Assembly (NCBI GenBank): GCA_016214555.1 | Contig: JACROF010000003.1 | Coordinates: 64,930-128,929, forward strand | DNA length: 64,000 nt | Source: Candidatus Levyibacteriota bacterium | GTDB lineage: Bacteria > Patescibacteriota > Microgenomatia > Levybacterales > UBA12049 | Reading direction: 5' to 3' | Shown: piece by piece, positions 49,435 through 59,102 of the stretch | Position numbering within the stretch: the first letter of the stretch is position 1 | Layout of the letters: every line of letters starts with the position of its first letter | Position numbers and translations under genes: made by a program | The notes under the pieces: generated by a model | Databases searched by the model: none | The model's input: only the letters and a program-made list of their open reading frames with translations | What the model was told of the DNA's origin: nothing

Positions 49435-52008
49435 CTATACGGCAACGACGAAATTTAAAATTTTACCTGGGACATAGATTGCTTTCTTAATAGTTTTTCC
49501 TTCAAGATGCTTTTGAACCGAAAAATCTTCATGCGCGATACGCTCTACCTCTTCCTGACTTGCTTGAGGGTCGTTAAGAACAAAAGTGCCTCTTAATTTC
49601 CCATTGATCTGTACAGCAATCACCGTATCTCCACTTTCAATGAATTTCTGATCAAAAGCTGGCCAGACAGAAGTATGGATTGAGCCTTGTTCGCCTAGTC
49701 TGTGCCATAACTCCTCTGTTATATGTGGTGCAAAAGGAGCAAGAAGCTGCAATAGCACTTTAGCCTCAGTCAATGAAATCTCTTTTTGCTCTGAGAGGAA
49801 ATTGTAGTAGGTCATAATCTTAGCAATGGCTGTATTGTAGTGAAAACCTTCGATATCCTCTGTCACACCTTTAATAGCCTTGTGCATCTCGGATTTAGCA
49901 CTACTGTCAACCTCTTTGCTAATAATTGTTTGGCTTGATAACAAGACCCAAATTCTCTTCATGAAGCGAAACATACCTTCAATGCCACTATCCCGGAAAT
50001 CACCACCCATATTAAATGGTCCTAAAAACATCAAATATGTTCGAAGTGTGTCAGCTCCAAATTTCTTGATATATTCATCAGGCACGACTACATTGCCTTT
50101 TGACTTGCTCATCTTCGCACCATCTTTGATAATAAGTCCATGAGCAAAAAACCTTGGAAAAGGCTCGTCGAAGTCTACAAGCCCTAGGTCGTGAGAAACT
50201 TTAGTCAAAAATCGTGCATATAACAAATGCAAAACAGAGTGCTCTGCCCCACCCGTATAAATAGTTGGCGGAAGCCATAACTTACCAACTCCCTCATCCC
50301 ATGCATGATCATTATCACTCGTTGAAGTATAGCGATAAAAATACCAAGCGCTATCTAAGAAAGTATCAGATACATCTGTTTCTCTTTTTGCTTCTTTCCC
50401 ACACGATGGACAGTTAACTGTGTAAAACTCTGGATGCCTTCCAAGAGGCGATGTTGCCTCAGAATTCTCAGATGAAGCACCAATTGGCTTGTAATCCTCA
50501 ATATATGGCAACTCAATTGGCAAATTTTCATCAGGATACCAACCAGGCATTTGAGTAGATAGGGTCTGGTGTTGAACAGCTTGCAAGCTCTCCCTATTTA
50601 CTAAATACTTACTACTAACCCCTTCTTTTGAGGTAAACCATGATCTTCCCTCTTTGGCACAATGCTCACAATAAATCATCGGTATCGGCGGCCCCCAGTA
50701 TCTCTGCCGAGATATGAGCCAATCTCTCAAATGATAATTCGTTGACTCCGTTGCCAATCCTCTCTCTTGAAGATATGCGATGATCTTGTCTTTATCTTTA
50801 GGGGCAAGAAGACCATTCCACTCACCTGAATTAATAAGCTTTCCCTCGCCCGTATAGGCCTCCTTAGTAATATTTGCTGATTCGTGCTGGATGACCTGGA
50901 TAATAGGTAACTCATATTTACGGGCAAATTCGTAATCTCTCTGATCATGCCCGGGAACTGCCATAATTGCCCCTGTTCCATAAGACATCAGGACATAATC
51001 AGCAATCCAAACAGGCATCTGCTGATTATTGATTGGGTTGATGACATAGGCCCCACTAAAAACACCGCTCTTTTCTCTATCACTTAAATCTTTTTCTAGT
51101 GCGCGGATCTTTGCTTTTGCAACATAGTCTGATACTCCAGGATTGCTCATCCATTCCTTAACCAATGGATGCTCAGGCGAAACAACCATAAAAGTTGCGC
51201 CAAAAAGCGTATCTGGTCGAGTAGTGAAGACTGAAAGATCGTTATCGGTATCGGCTACTCGAAAAGTGATTTTTGCCCCCTGACTCTTTCCTATCCAGTT
51301 TCGCTGTGCCGTCTTTACCTTCTCAGTCCAGTCAATCTTGTCTAATCCCTCAAGAAGTTGCTCTGCATATTCTGTGATCCGAAACATCCATTGCTTGAGC
51401 TCCTTCTTTTCAACCTCAGCTCCACATCGCTCACACTGACCATCAATGACCTGCTCATCAGCCAGAACAGTCATGCACGAGGGACAAAAATTGACACCAA
51501 CGCTCTCCCTGTAAGCAAGACCAGACTTAAATAACTCAATAAAGATCCACTGTGTCCATCTATAATAATCTGTATCATATGTTTCTAAAATATGTGACCA
51601 GTCATAGCCACTCCCTAGTGATTTGACCTGATCATAAAATCTCTTCTCACTTTTTTTAGCCTGCTCCATAGGATGACTCCCAATTTTGAGAGCATAGTTC
51701 TCAGAATGAATTCCAAACCCATCAAGGCCAAATGGCTGGAAGACATCAAAGCCTTGCATTCTCTTAAAACGACCGTGGATATCGGCTCCGGTAAAAGCAT
51801 AAACATTTCCTACATGAAGACCTTCCGCTGAAGGATAAGGAAACATATGGAGGTTATAATATGGCCTTTTAGCAGAATGTAAATCTGGCTGATAAATCTT
51901 TTCCTTCAACCAAATCTCTTGCCACTTCTGCTCTATCCTTTGAGGAAAATACTTTGTATCCTCGCCTTGGACCTGATCCTTAGCGCTTAGCGCACTAGCT
52001 TTCTTCAT
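49435..52008 (-). CDS. leuS: Leucyl-tRNA synthetase
   Basis: MFPYPSAEGLHVG, FTTRPDTLFG, YGTGAIMAVP.HDQRD, DWLISRQRYWG.PIP and KMSKSKGN. Confidence 0.97.
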   Translation of the reverse strand: MKKASALSAKDQVQGEDTKYFPQRIEQKWQEIWLKEKIYQPDLHSAKRPYYNLHMFPYPSAEGLHVGNVYAFTGADIHGRFKRMQGFDVFQPFGLDGFGIHSENYALKIGSHPMEQAKKSEKRFYDQVKSLGSGYDWSHILETYDTDYYRWTQWIFIELFKSGLAYRESVGVNFCPSCMTVLADEQVIDGQCERCGAEVEKKELKQWMFRITEYAEQLLEGLDKIDWTEKVKTAQRNWIGKSQGAKITFRVADTDNDLSVFTTRPDTLFGATFMVVSPEHPLVKEWMSNPGVSDYVAKAKIRALEKDLSDREKSGVFSGAYVINPINNQQMPVWIADYVLMSYGTGAIMAVPGHDQRDYEFARKYELPIIQVIQHESANITKEAYTGEGKLINSGEWNGLLAPKDKDKIIAYLQERGLATESTNYHLRDWLISRQRYWGPPIPMIYCEHCAKEGRSWFTSKEGVSSKYLVNRESLQAVQHQTLSTQMPGWYPDENLPIELPYIEDYKPIGASSENSEATSPLGRHPEFYTVNCPSCGKEAKRETDVSDTFLDSAWYFYRYTSTSDNDHAWDEGVGKLWLPPTIYTGGAEHSVLHLLYARFLTKVSHDLGLVDFDEPFPRFFAHGLIIKDGAKMSKSKGNVVVPDEYIKKFGADTLRTYLMFLGPFNMGGDFRDSGIEGMFRFMKRIWVLLSSQTIISKEVDSSAKSEMHKAIKGVTEDIEGFHYNTAIAKIMTYYNFLSEQKEISLTEAKVLLQLLAPFAPHITEELWHRLGEQGSIHTSVWPAFDQKFIESGDTVIAVQINGKLRGTFVLNDPQASQEEVERIAHEDFSVQKHLEGKTIKKAIYVPGKILNFVVAV

Positions 52009-52148
52009 AGCTTAAAGTATAGCATAGCACTCCGATACTTAGCATGAAGTCATAGCCCCCCCGCCTCCATCCCCTAACTACTAGCTACTAGCTACTAAAT
52101 CTAACTCCTAGATACCAACTCCTGAATTATTTGCTATAGTTAATCTAT

Positions 52149-52643
52149 ATGTCACTTACAAGACAAGCTGTCCTTATTGTAGGAATAGGCATTCTCATCT
52201 GGATCTGGCAATTACTGTCCCTAGAGAGCCTCACTGTCCCCATTATTGGACTTATGGTGCTGGCATACCTTGTAGCTTCAAAGCTTACGCAAAAAAATCG
52301 CTCTGGAGAAAAAAGGGCAATCGATCACTATCTTGTCCTTCTGCTCTCGAGTATTGTTGTTCTCCTTGTCTTCTCAACGGGAGGCCTGGACTCTTCAATT
52401 TTTTTTCTTTTGTATTTTGCTTTTTTTGCTATTGGATTTGCTCTCATGCCAGATAGTGTTTTTATTTTTATGGCCGTTGTCGTTTTGCTACTCCTGCCCC
52501 AAGGACTCAAAGAAAATATGTCTGAAAATCTGATAAAAATTGGCTCACTCATTTTGATTGCCCCTCTTGCCTATTTTTTTTCTGAAAAAACAAAAGCTGA
52601 GCTCGCAGATATCATTACTAAATCCGAGGAGTTTAAGGAATAA
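52149..52643 (+). CDS. Multi-TM hypothetical protein
   Basis: TGG..S..FFL.YF motif; about 5-6 hydrophobic segments. Confidence 0.75.
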   Translation: MSLTRQAVLIVGIGILIWIWQLLSLESLTVPIIGLMVLAYLVASKLTQKNRSGEKRAIDHYLVLLLSSIVVLLVFSTGGLDSSIFFLLYFAFFAIGFALMPDSVFIFMAVVVLLLLPQGLKENMSENLIKIGSLILIAPLAYFFSEKTKAELADIITKSEEFKE

Positions 52644-52649
52644 TCTCGT

Positions 52650-53402
52650 ATGAAACTTGCCTATCTTAGCCTATCAATCCTCTTGGCCTTCTTTTTTTTA
52701 ACTGCTCAAAAAGCTATCAATCTAGAACAAATTAGTGCATTTACCATGAGTAATGCGAATTGGATTATCGATTTTGCCAATCTCAATATGACATCCGGAA
52801 AACCAACAGGGCCAAATTACAAAGTCAGTAACACCGTTGGCCAGATTGCACCAGGTCTGTACTCAGGAACCAATTTTAAGGTTCGAGCAGGCTTCCAATA
52901 TGTTTATTCCATCATCCCCTTTAGCTTTACCATAAGCACGCTTGAAATTAACTTTGGCACACTTATTCCAACCAATCCCGTGACAAGAACAAACGTCCTA
53001 ACCCTTAGCAATGGCTCGGCAAATGGCTACTCAGTCCTTGCCTATGAAAATCACGCACTACTGATCCCGGGAAGCGGCAGAATGATCCCAGACACAAGCT
53101 GTGATGCCGGAACATGCACGCAAATAACAGCAGCTGCATGGACGAGTTCGCTTGCGTATGGATTTGGATATCGATGCGACAACCTCAGCGGTACAGACTG
53201 TTCAACAGACTTCTCAACAGGTACTTTTTATAAGCAATTTGCCAATGACTCTGATGGCGAAACTGCCCAAGCTGTTATGAGAGGGGTGAATGTCGGAAGG
53301 TCAAAACAAGTGCAAATTACCTACAAAGCAAATATTTCAGCAACCCAACCTCCTGGAGAATATACCAATCAAATAATTTACTTGGCAATACCAACTTTTT
53401 AA
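52650..53402 (+). CDS. Secreted small WxL-like protein
   Basis: Signal peptide, INFGTL, NGYSV and C-terminal TQPPGEYTNQIIYLAIPTF. Confidence 0.65.
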   Translation: MKLAYLSLSILLAFFFLTAQKAINLEQISAFTMSNANWIIDFANLNMTSGKPTGPNYKVSNTVGQIAPGLYSGTNFKVRAGFQYVYSIIPFSFTISTLEINFGTLIPTNPVTRTNVLTLSNGSANGYSVLAYENHALLIPGSGRMIPDTSCDAGTCTQITAAAWTSSLAYGFGYRCDNLSGTDCSTDFSTGTFYKQFANDSDGETAQAVMRGVNVGRSKQVQITYKANISATQPPGEYTNQIIYLAIPTF

Positions 53403-53404
53403 TT

Positions 53405-54469
53405 ATGAATAAACATATAGAGTATAAAGTAGCAAGAATTAAGCAAAAGGCAGTAATAATTAGCTTGCTATCTACTTTATTCTGCATACTATCTACTAAT
53501 CAAATAGATGCTGCAAGCTTTGAGCTTTCCGTCTCGCCGCCGATCTTTGAGATAGAATTAACTCCTCCAGCCGTTGCCGATGTGAATGAACAAATTATTC
53601 TTGAAAACACCGGTGATGATGGTATGAATTTAGAAATTGATTTCAGACTATTCAGACCTCAAGACAAGAACGGCGATATTGTCTATCTTAAAAAGGGAGA
53701 CCTCTATGGGGATGATCCTTTAATCCTTAAAAGAATTCGCATTATGGATGACGATAAAGAGATTCATGAACTTTATCTCTCTCCCCATACCAAGAAAAAA
53801 CTTAACCTCATCATAACTATTCCCAAAGATGAGCCACCCTCTGATTATTACTTCAGTATTCTTTTCTCATCAAAGGAGGATGAAAAACAAAATAACGGCT
53901 CGTATACAGAGTCAATTGGCGGTGTTGCGGTCAATACTCTCCTTTCTATCGGCCCTAAAGACTCAACGAAAGGCTCTATCGAAGAATTTTCGACGGATTT
54001 TTTTAGGACTGAAGGCCCGGTGCCTTTTGTCGTGACGATCCACAACAAGAGCAAACATTTTATCTCCCCTCAAGCAAGTATAGCTATCAGAAACATGTTT
54101 GGACAAACGATAGGAAAGATTGAGCTTTTACCCGTAAATATCCTTTCAGAATCAAGTAGATCTCTTCCCAGTAAAGAACAATTTGTTATCAACGCTCAAG
54201 AAACTGACGAGGATAAAAAAACAAAAAAACAAAATGCGACCATACTTAAGCTCATCTCACACTCTCTTACTCCAGTTGCAGTCTGGCCTGAGTCTTTTCT
54301 CCTTGGCCCCTACTCTGCCACCCTCACAGTTGCTCTTTCAGAAAATGGCCCTTTATATGTGAAGACTATTCATTTTTTCGCATTTCCACTTCATATTCTT
54401 ATTGGATTTATCATCGCTATTCTTCTTCTCTTAACAATTAAGCATCGACTCGCGTACAAAAAAGTTTGA
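53405..54469 (+). CDS. DUF916/DUF3324-like (WxL-interacting) surface protein with C-terminal TM
   Basis: LSVSPPIFE, I.IP...P..DYY..I.F, N...H...P...I...NMFG and LLGPY.A.L; TM plus basic tail. Confidence 0.65.
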   Translation: MNKHIEYKVARIKQKAVIISLLSTLFCILSTNQIDAASFELSVSPPIFEIELTPPAVADVNEQIILENTGDDGMNLEIDFRLFRPQDKNGDIVYLKKGDLYGDDPLILKRIRIMDDDKEIHELYLSPHTKKKLNLIITIPKDEPPSDYYFSILFSSKEDEKQNNGSYTESIGGVAVNTLLSIGPKDSTKGSIEEFSTDFFRTEGPVPFVVTIHNKSKHFISPQASIAIRNMFGQTIGKIELLPVNILSESSRSLPSKEQFVINAQETDEDKKTKKQNATILKLISHSLTPVAVWPESFLLGPYSATLTVALSENGPLYVKTIHFFAFPLHILIGFIIAILLLLTIKHRLAYKKV

Positions 54470-54546
54470 AGCCATAAACAATCAGAACTGTCACAATTTG
54501 ACCTATTCTAGCCCTTGACAACCTGACATTTTTCACACAATACTGG

Positions 54547-55992
54547 ATGTACATGAGAAAATACTTTCTGCTCTTATTCTCGTTGTTTTCGTTGGCTCTT
54601 TTTTTTGTGGTCGCAACACAAAAAACCGAAGCTGCTTCCTTACTCAATGCTTCAGCAAGTGCTACAACCTCACGACCCTCCCCATCATCCCCCCTCTTTA
54701 TCCCAGATCCCATGAGCATAGGAACCTCATCAGCAAGAGTCTATGACAATCTCTCAACTTTTCTCTCATCTGATTCTGCAAAATTCTTTAACAACGGCGT
54801 TTTTAGCGAGATATTAACTGTCGCTACAACCTCAGCTGATAGACAAACGCTTTTTTTCACAGGCGCAGCCACTGCTGCCCACAATAGAACTTCAGTTATT
54901 ACTGCTCCCATCACTGCGATGCATCAATTTGTGTTTACTACCCAAACCGCTATCCCTGTTAACGGAACTATCGAGATCACGTATCCAAACTCAGGATCCC
55001 TGGATACTGTCCAGGCATCGCCTTCGGCAAATACCTGGATGTTTAATGGGCTATCAACAAGCAATATTAAGCAAAAAATTAGCCAAGGCACTGCTGGATG
55101 CAACTGGACCAAGTCTGGAGATACCAATGGCTCAGGCGGGCAGACTCCAAAGTTAGTCTGTACAGTAACTGGAGCAATTATCCCAGCAGGAGCAACAGTG
55201 TGGGTTTGGGTTGGCTGCTCTACTTATACCAATGGCACCTCATGCGCAACACAAAATCCCAACCTTATTAACCCAACAGCTTTAACAGGACGAGGTATCG
55301 CTGATGTAAAAAATATCAATGTGATTACGTATGATGTATCTGGAGGCAACATTCTTGACTCATCGTCGCTGAAAATGGGGACCATTGATTCGGTCTTTGT
55401 CGTTGCTCACGTTGATCCTACATTCACCTTCCGTATTGATGGCGTGGCATCAGGAGTAGATATCAACACGTTATGCTCAGGCTATACGAGCGCAACATAT
55501 TTCACCCAAAACCAAAGTGGTGTTAACTTCCCCACAACAGGAACTGATGTCAACTTAGGCACAGTCAGTAGCGGAGGACCAAATTATGCAGCGCAAAAAA
55601 TGAGCATTGTCTCCAACACCAGCGTTGGGTATGTAATCACTGCTACGTCTTCAGGATTCCTAGTAAACCCCTCGAGTGGAAAATACATCGTAAATACCCA
55701 AGGCAACGTCACAGCGAACAATACACCTGCACCTGTTGTGATGCCTGGCACGGGAGGGTTTGGTATCAATGCATGCGATAGTAGCAGCAGAGTTAACACG
55801 ACCACCTGGGGTACTACAGCACCGAAATTTGCCAATCCGTCACAAAACTTCTACTACACACTAGTAAACTATGCTGGAGCTCTCAGCGGCACGGACAATA
55901 TCTATGTAGTATACGGCGCTCAAGCGCAGGCAACGACACCTCCTGGAGACTACTGGGAAATTATGACATATACTGCCTCTGTAGCGTTTTAA
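54547..55992 (+). CDS. Secreted WxL-like/fimbrial-like surface protein (paralog of 37618-39060)
   Basis: Signal peptide (TEA-AS); C-terminal TPPGDYWEIMTYTASVAF. Confidence 0.75.
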   Translation: MYMRKYFLLLFSLFSLALFFVVATQKTEAASLLNASASATTSRPSPSSPLFIPDPMSIGTSSARVYDNLSTFLSSDSAKFFNNGVFSEILTVATTSADRQTLFFTGAATAAHNRTSVITAPITAMHQFVFTTQTAIPVNGTIEITYPNSGSLDTVQASPSANTWMFNGLSTSNIKQKISQGTAGCNWTKSGDTNGSGGQTPKLVCTVTGAIIPAGATVWVWVGCSTYTNGTSCATQNPNLINPTALTGRGIADVKNINVITYDVSGGNILDSSSLKMGTIDSVFVVAHVDPTFTFRIDGVASGVDINTLCSGYTSATYFTQNQSGVNFPTTGTDVNLGTVSSGGPNYAAQKMSIVSNTSVGYVITATSSGFLVNPSSGKYIVNTQGNVTANNTPAPVVMPGTGGFGINACDSSSRVNTTTWGTTAPKFANPSQNFYYTLVNYAGALSGTDNIYVVYGAQAQATTPPGDYWEIMTYTASVAF

Positions 55993-56041
55993 AAAGACAC
56001 TTTACAGCACAATGGTAGTATGGTAGCGTTGAAGTATAGCT

Positions 56042-57019
56042 ATGATAATTAAAACTGCCCAAAAAGGATCATTGGTTGCAAAAATACAAACAGGAGCGAT
56101 TGTTACCTCTCTTGCTCTTTCCGTTTTGGGAACAGCAACCTACACAGGCCTTGTTGATCAAATATCAGCACAGGCTAGCACAGCTAGATCCATAACTATT
56201 ACTCCTCCATCTCTCCCCTTTACTGTTAATCCTGGAGAAAAAAAGGAAGGTGTTTTGGGACTAATTAATGAGTCAAATGACGACATTGTCTTTAGCGTTG
56301 TCATCTACGATATGATCGTTGAGGACAATCAAGGAACACCAGAATTTCTTCCCGCTGGAACAATCTCAAGTAACAAATACGCTGCGAGTTCATGGATAGG
56401 CGTTGACTCACCTAGTCTTCTCGTAAAGGCGCACTCACGAGGCACTCTTCACTACTATGTACAAGTCCCAGCTGATGCAGGTCCTGGCGGTCATTATGCA
56501 GGCATCGTGTATCACCCTGAGAGAGTTGAGATCGCAAAAGGCTCAGGAGCAGCAATCAATCAACAATTAGCAACGCTTGTTTACTTTGACGTAGCAGGAC
56601 CTGTTAAGGAAAGTGCTCAGGTAAAACAGTTTAGCGCTCCAGGATTCTCAGAGTATGGACCCGTAAAGCTTACTACAGAAATCAGCAACTTCGGAGACAC
56701 TCACATCAAACCAACTGGAACTCTGACCGTAACTGACATGCTTGGAAAAGTTGTAGCTTCAAAGAAGATTCAGGAGCAAAATATTTTTCCAGGAGGAATC
56801 TCTCGCCTATTTGAAGAATCAGTTGGTAAGAAATGGATGCTTGGAAAATATGAGGCAAAGCTAATGGCTACTTATGGTCGAAACAACAACCTTCCTCTTG
56901 TTGCCTCAGTTGCTTTCTGGGTATTCCCATGGAAGATAGCACTTCTCATCATCACACTTATCGTTGCAGCAATCCTTGGCTATCTGTACGTAAAGAAAAA
57001 CAAGCACACCCCGCAGTAG
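56042..57019 (+). CDS. DUF916/DUF3324-like surface protein with C-terminal TM
   Basis: ITITPP, V.PG, VPADA.PGGHYAGI, N.G.THIKP.G and GKY.A.L...YG; TM. Confidence 0.7.
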   Translation: MIIKTAQKGSLVAKIQTGAIVTSLALSVLGTATYTGLVDQISAQASTARSITITPPSLPFTVNPGEKKEGVLGLINESNDDIVFSVVIYDMIVEDNQGTPEFLPAGTISSNKYAASSWIGVDSPSLLVKAHSRGTLHYYVQVPADAGPGGHYAGIVYHPERVEIAKGSGAAINQQLATLVYFDVAGPVKESAQVKQFSAPGFSEYGPVKLTTEISNFGDTHIKPTGTLTVTDMLGKVVASKKIQEQNIFPGGISRLFEESVGKKWMLGKYEAKLMATYGRNNNLPLVASVAFWVFPWKIALLIITLIVAAILGYLYVKKNKHTPQ

Positions 57020-57024
57020 ATCCA

Positions 57025-57140
57025 GGGAGTAGATAGTAGGCTCTAGAAGATACTAACGAGATAGCGATTTTCTCATATCTCTTTTACTGTAATATAGCTA
57101 CTACCTCTACTTACTACCCCCTACATCCTATCTCCTACCT
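57025..57140. repeat. Inverted 7-nt repeat arrays between convergent genes
   Basis: ggagtag-atagtag followed by ctactac-ctctac-ttactac-cccctac-atcctat-ctcctac. Confidence 0.6.
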
Positions 57141-57141
57141 C

Positions 57142-58068
57142 CTAATACCCCACAAACCACGAATGGTGCAGCTTTTTTCTCTCAGGATGAAAGAATAGAT
57201 ACATTTTGTTGTTGTAAACAAAAGTAAACTTCTCCGGCCAAAGCTTGAGGAGTAAATAAACAATAAGAGGTATGAGAGGCAATATGATCCATAATGGGCC
57301 AAGCCCAAAGCCTGTGAGTACGTTCCATAGCCATCTGAAGAAATCTTTGAGCCATTGAAGCAATTGACCAAGCCATGATAACGCAACAAGCTTTACGGTA
57401 TTGGAAGGATTTTCAGACGATTTCCCATCGTACACAGCGGTCGCGTAGAGCTCGTAGACGCCTGCTTTTAAATTCTTGAGGGTTAACTCATAATATCCAT
57501 CTTTATCAGCCACAACCGTGTACGTGGTCCCATCCTGCAGATGAATAGTGACTGTAGCACCCGGCATCGTGTACCCAAAAACAACAGCATTCCCTCCTGC
57601 TGTAATCTGCGATCTCTGAAGCCCAATTGTTGGTGGAAGGAAAATATTCTTCTTATCAATATTGTTATTGGCTGCAGGAATACTCAGGCATGTAGTTGAC
57701 TCTCCTATGTTCTTGTAATCGATATGCTGTAAACAAAAACTAGAAAAATTACGATTAATAAGAATATCTTTAAAAGCCCAAAAGCCATTTTGATCTGCGA
57801 CGGTGCTTCGGTAAAAAACACCATTGGAGGTAAGAATAATTGAGGCAAATGGCGAAGCGAATCCAGAGAGGTTAAGGTAAAACTCACCAATACGGGCAGA
57901 GACTTTAACAGGGTCCTCAGTCTCAGATATCGTTGTGGTCGCCAACACAGGACAATTTTGGAATAGCAAAAACAACATTGCTATGACAAAAAACAATTTG
58001 ACTATACTAAAACTCTTAATGCTCATACACCACAAACGAGAGAGCCTTTTAAAAACAGGCTCTCTCAC
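57142..58068 (-). CDS. Secreted protein with two Ig/carboxypeptidase-regulatory-like domains and C-terminal TM
   Basis: SG.ASP.A...T.ADQNG.W repeats as GYT.PGA.V...ADKDG.Y; hydrophobic C-terminal segment. Start may be 58026. Confidence 0.75.
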   Translation of the reverse strand: MREPVFKRLSRLWCMSIKSFSIVKLFFVIAMLFLLFQNCPVLATTTISETEDPVKVSARIGEFYLNLSGFASPFASIILTSNGVFYRSTVADQNGFWAFKDILINRNFSSFCLQHIDYKNIGESTTCLSIPAANNNIDKKNIFLPPTIGLQRSQITAGGNAVVFGYTMPGATVTIHLQDGTTYTVVADKDGYYELTLKNLKAGVYELYATAVYDGKSSENPSNTVKLVALSWLGQLLQWLKDFFRWLWNVLTGFGLGPLWIILPLIPLIVYLLLKLWPEKFTFVYNNKMYLFFHPERKKLHHSWFVGY

Positions 58069-58891
58069 TAGTATAGTAGTATTAATTTTAAAAATGAGAG
58101 ACTATCAATCTATATATAAATATATTAATAGATATCAATAAATTATCTTACAAAGCTTCGCAAGAAAATCGATAACTAGTGGCACAAAGCAAAGTAAATC
58201 TCATATACAAGAGCAACATGGTAAGGAAAAGGACTAATTACGGTAGTGGAAAATGATAAGGCTATATTATTTGTGCCTAAAAAATAAAAATAGATTGAAT
58301 TATCAATCTAAATATAACTATTATTTTTCTATCAGTCTAATGACATGATTGACAAAACAACCCGAAAGCGAAATAGACATGAGGCTAATTATTGAAAAGT
58401 CATAACTTATAAAAAAGGTAAGGACCAATTTTTTACCCCTTTCACACAAGTAATGGGGAAGAAAAAATTAACAGTAGCTAAAAATCTTCTTGGAAATATA
58501 TCTAACTATATCACCTATCAAAAATACCGACGTAGGAATATTATGATATCTTTAGATATATTCACTGTTTTTTACCGAGAACGACATAGTCGAAAAAAGA
58601 AAGAAATATCGTTGTGAAATAATAAAAACTTATCAATTTTCTTATTATTTTTGTATCTTTATTAAGATATCTAAAAATATCTAAATATATCAATACTATT
58701 TTACTCTAGGGTATTGACAGCCTCAATCACACTTGCGAACATATTAATAGATGTATTTATTAATATATGTAAGATTTTCATAAAAGAGATAGGTGATAAT
58801 CGGTATAATCTATATAATCTCAAGGCTAGAAACCAAATCACAATCTTTAAAAAATCTTACAAAAATAGAATTCATCAAGAAGGAACAAGCT

Positions 58892-59083
58892 ATGAAAAAT
58901 CATAAAGTTGGGCACGATCTTATTTTCACAAGTAGAAAGTCGAATTCATCCATGAAAACGGCTGTGAAATATTCCTATGAGACTCACTCCTCTACTGGGG
59001 AGATGGATAGAATCATGATAATCCTTTCAGCAGTTGCACTGAGCTTCTTTGTTAGTCAATTCTTTTTGATTATTGCAAGATAG
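58892..59083 (+). CDS. 63-aa protein with C-terminal TM
   Basis: SD AAGGA before ATG 58892; ends 19 bp before the giant ORF. Confidence 0.5.
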   Translation: MKNHKVGHDLIFTSRKSNSSMKTAVKYSYETHSSTGEMDRIMIILSAVALSFFVSQFFLIIAR

Positions 59084-59102
59084 CGAATGTATCTAAACCA
59101 AT

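Noticed and set aside
58130-58890. Replication origin (also considered 24000-24640, 29730-29950 and 44150-44570)
   Set aside because: AT-rich, but I found no cluster of TTATCCACA boxes and no dnaA/dnaN nearby.
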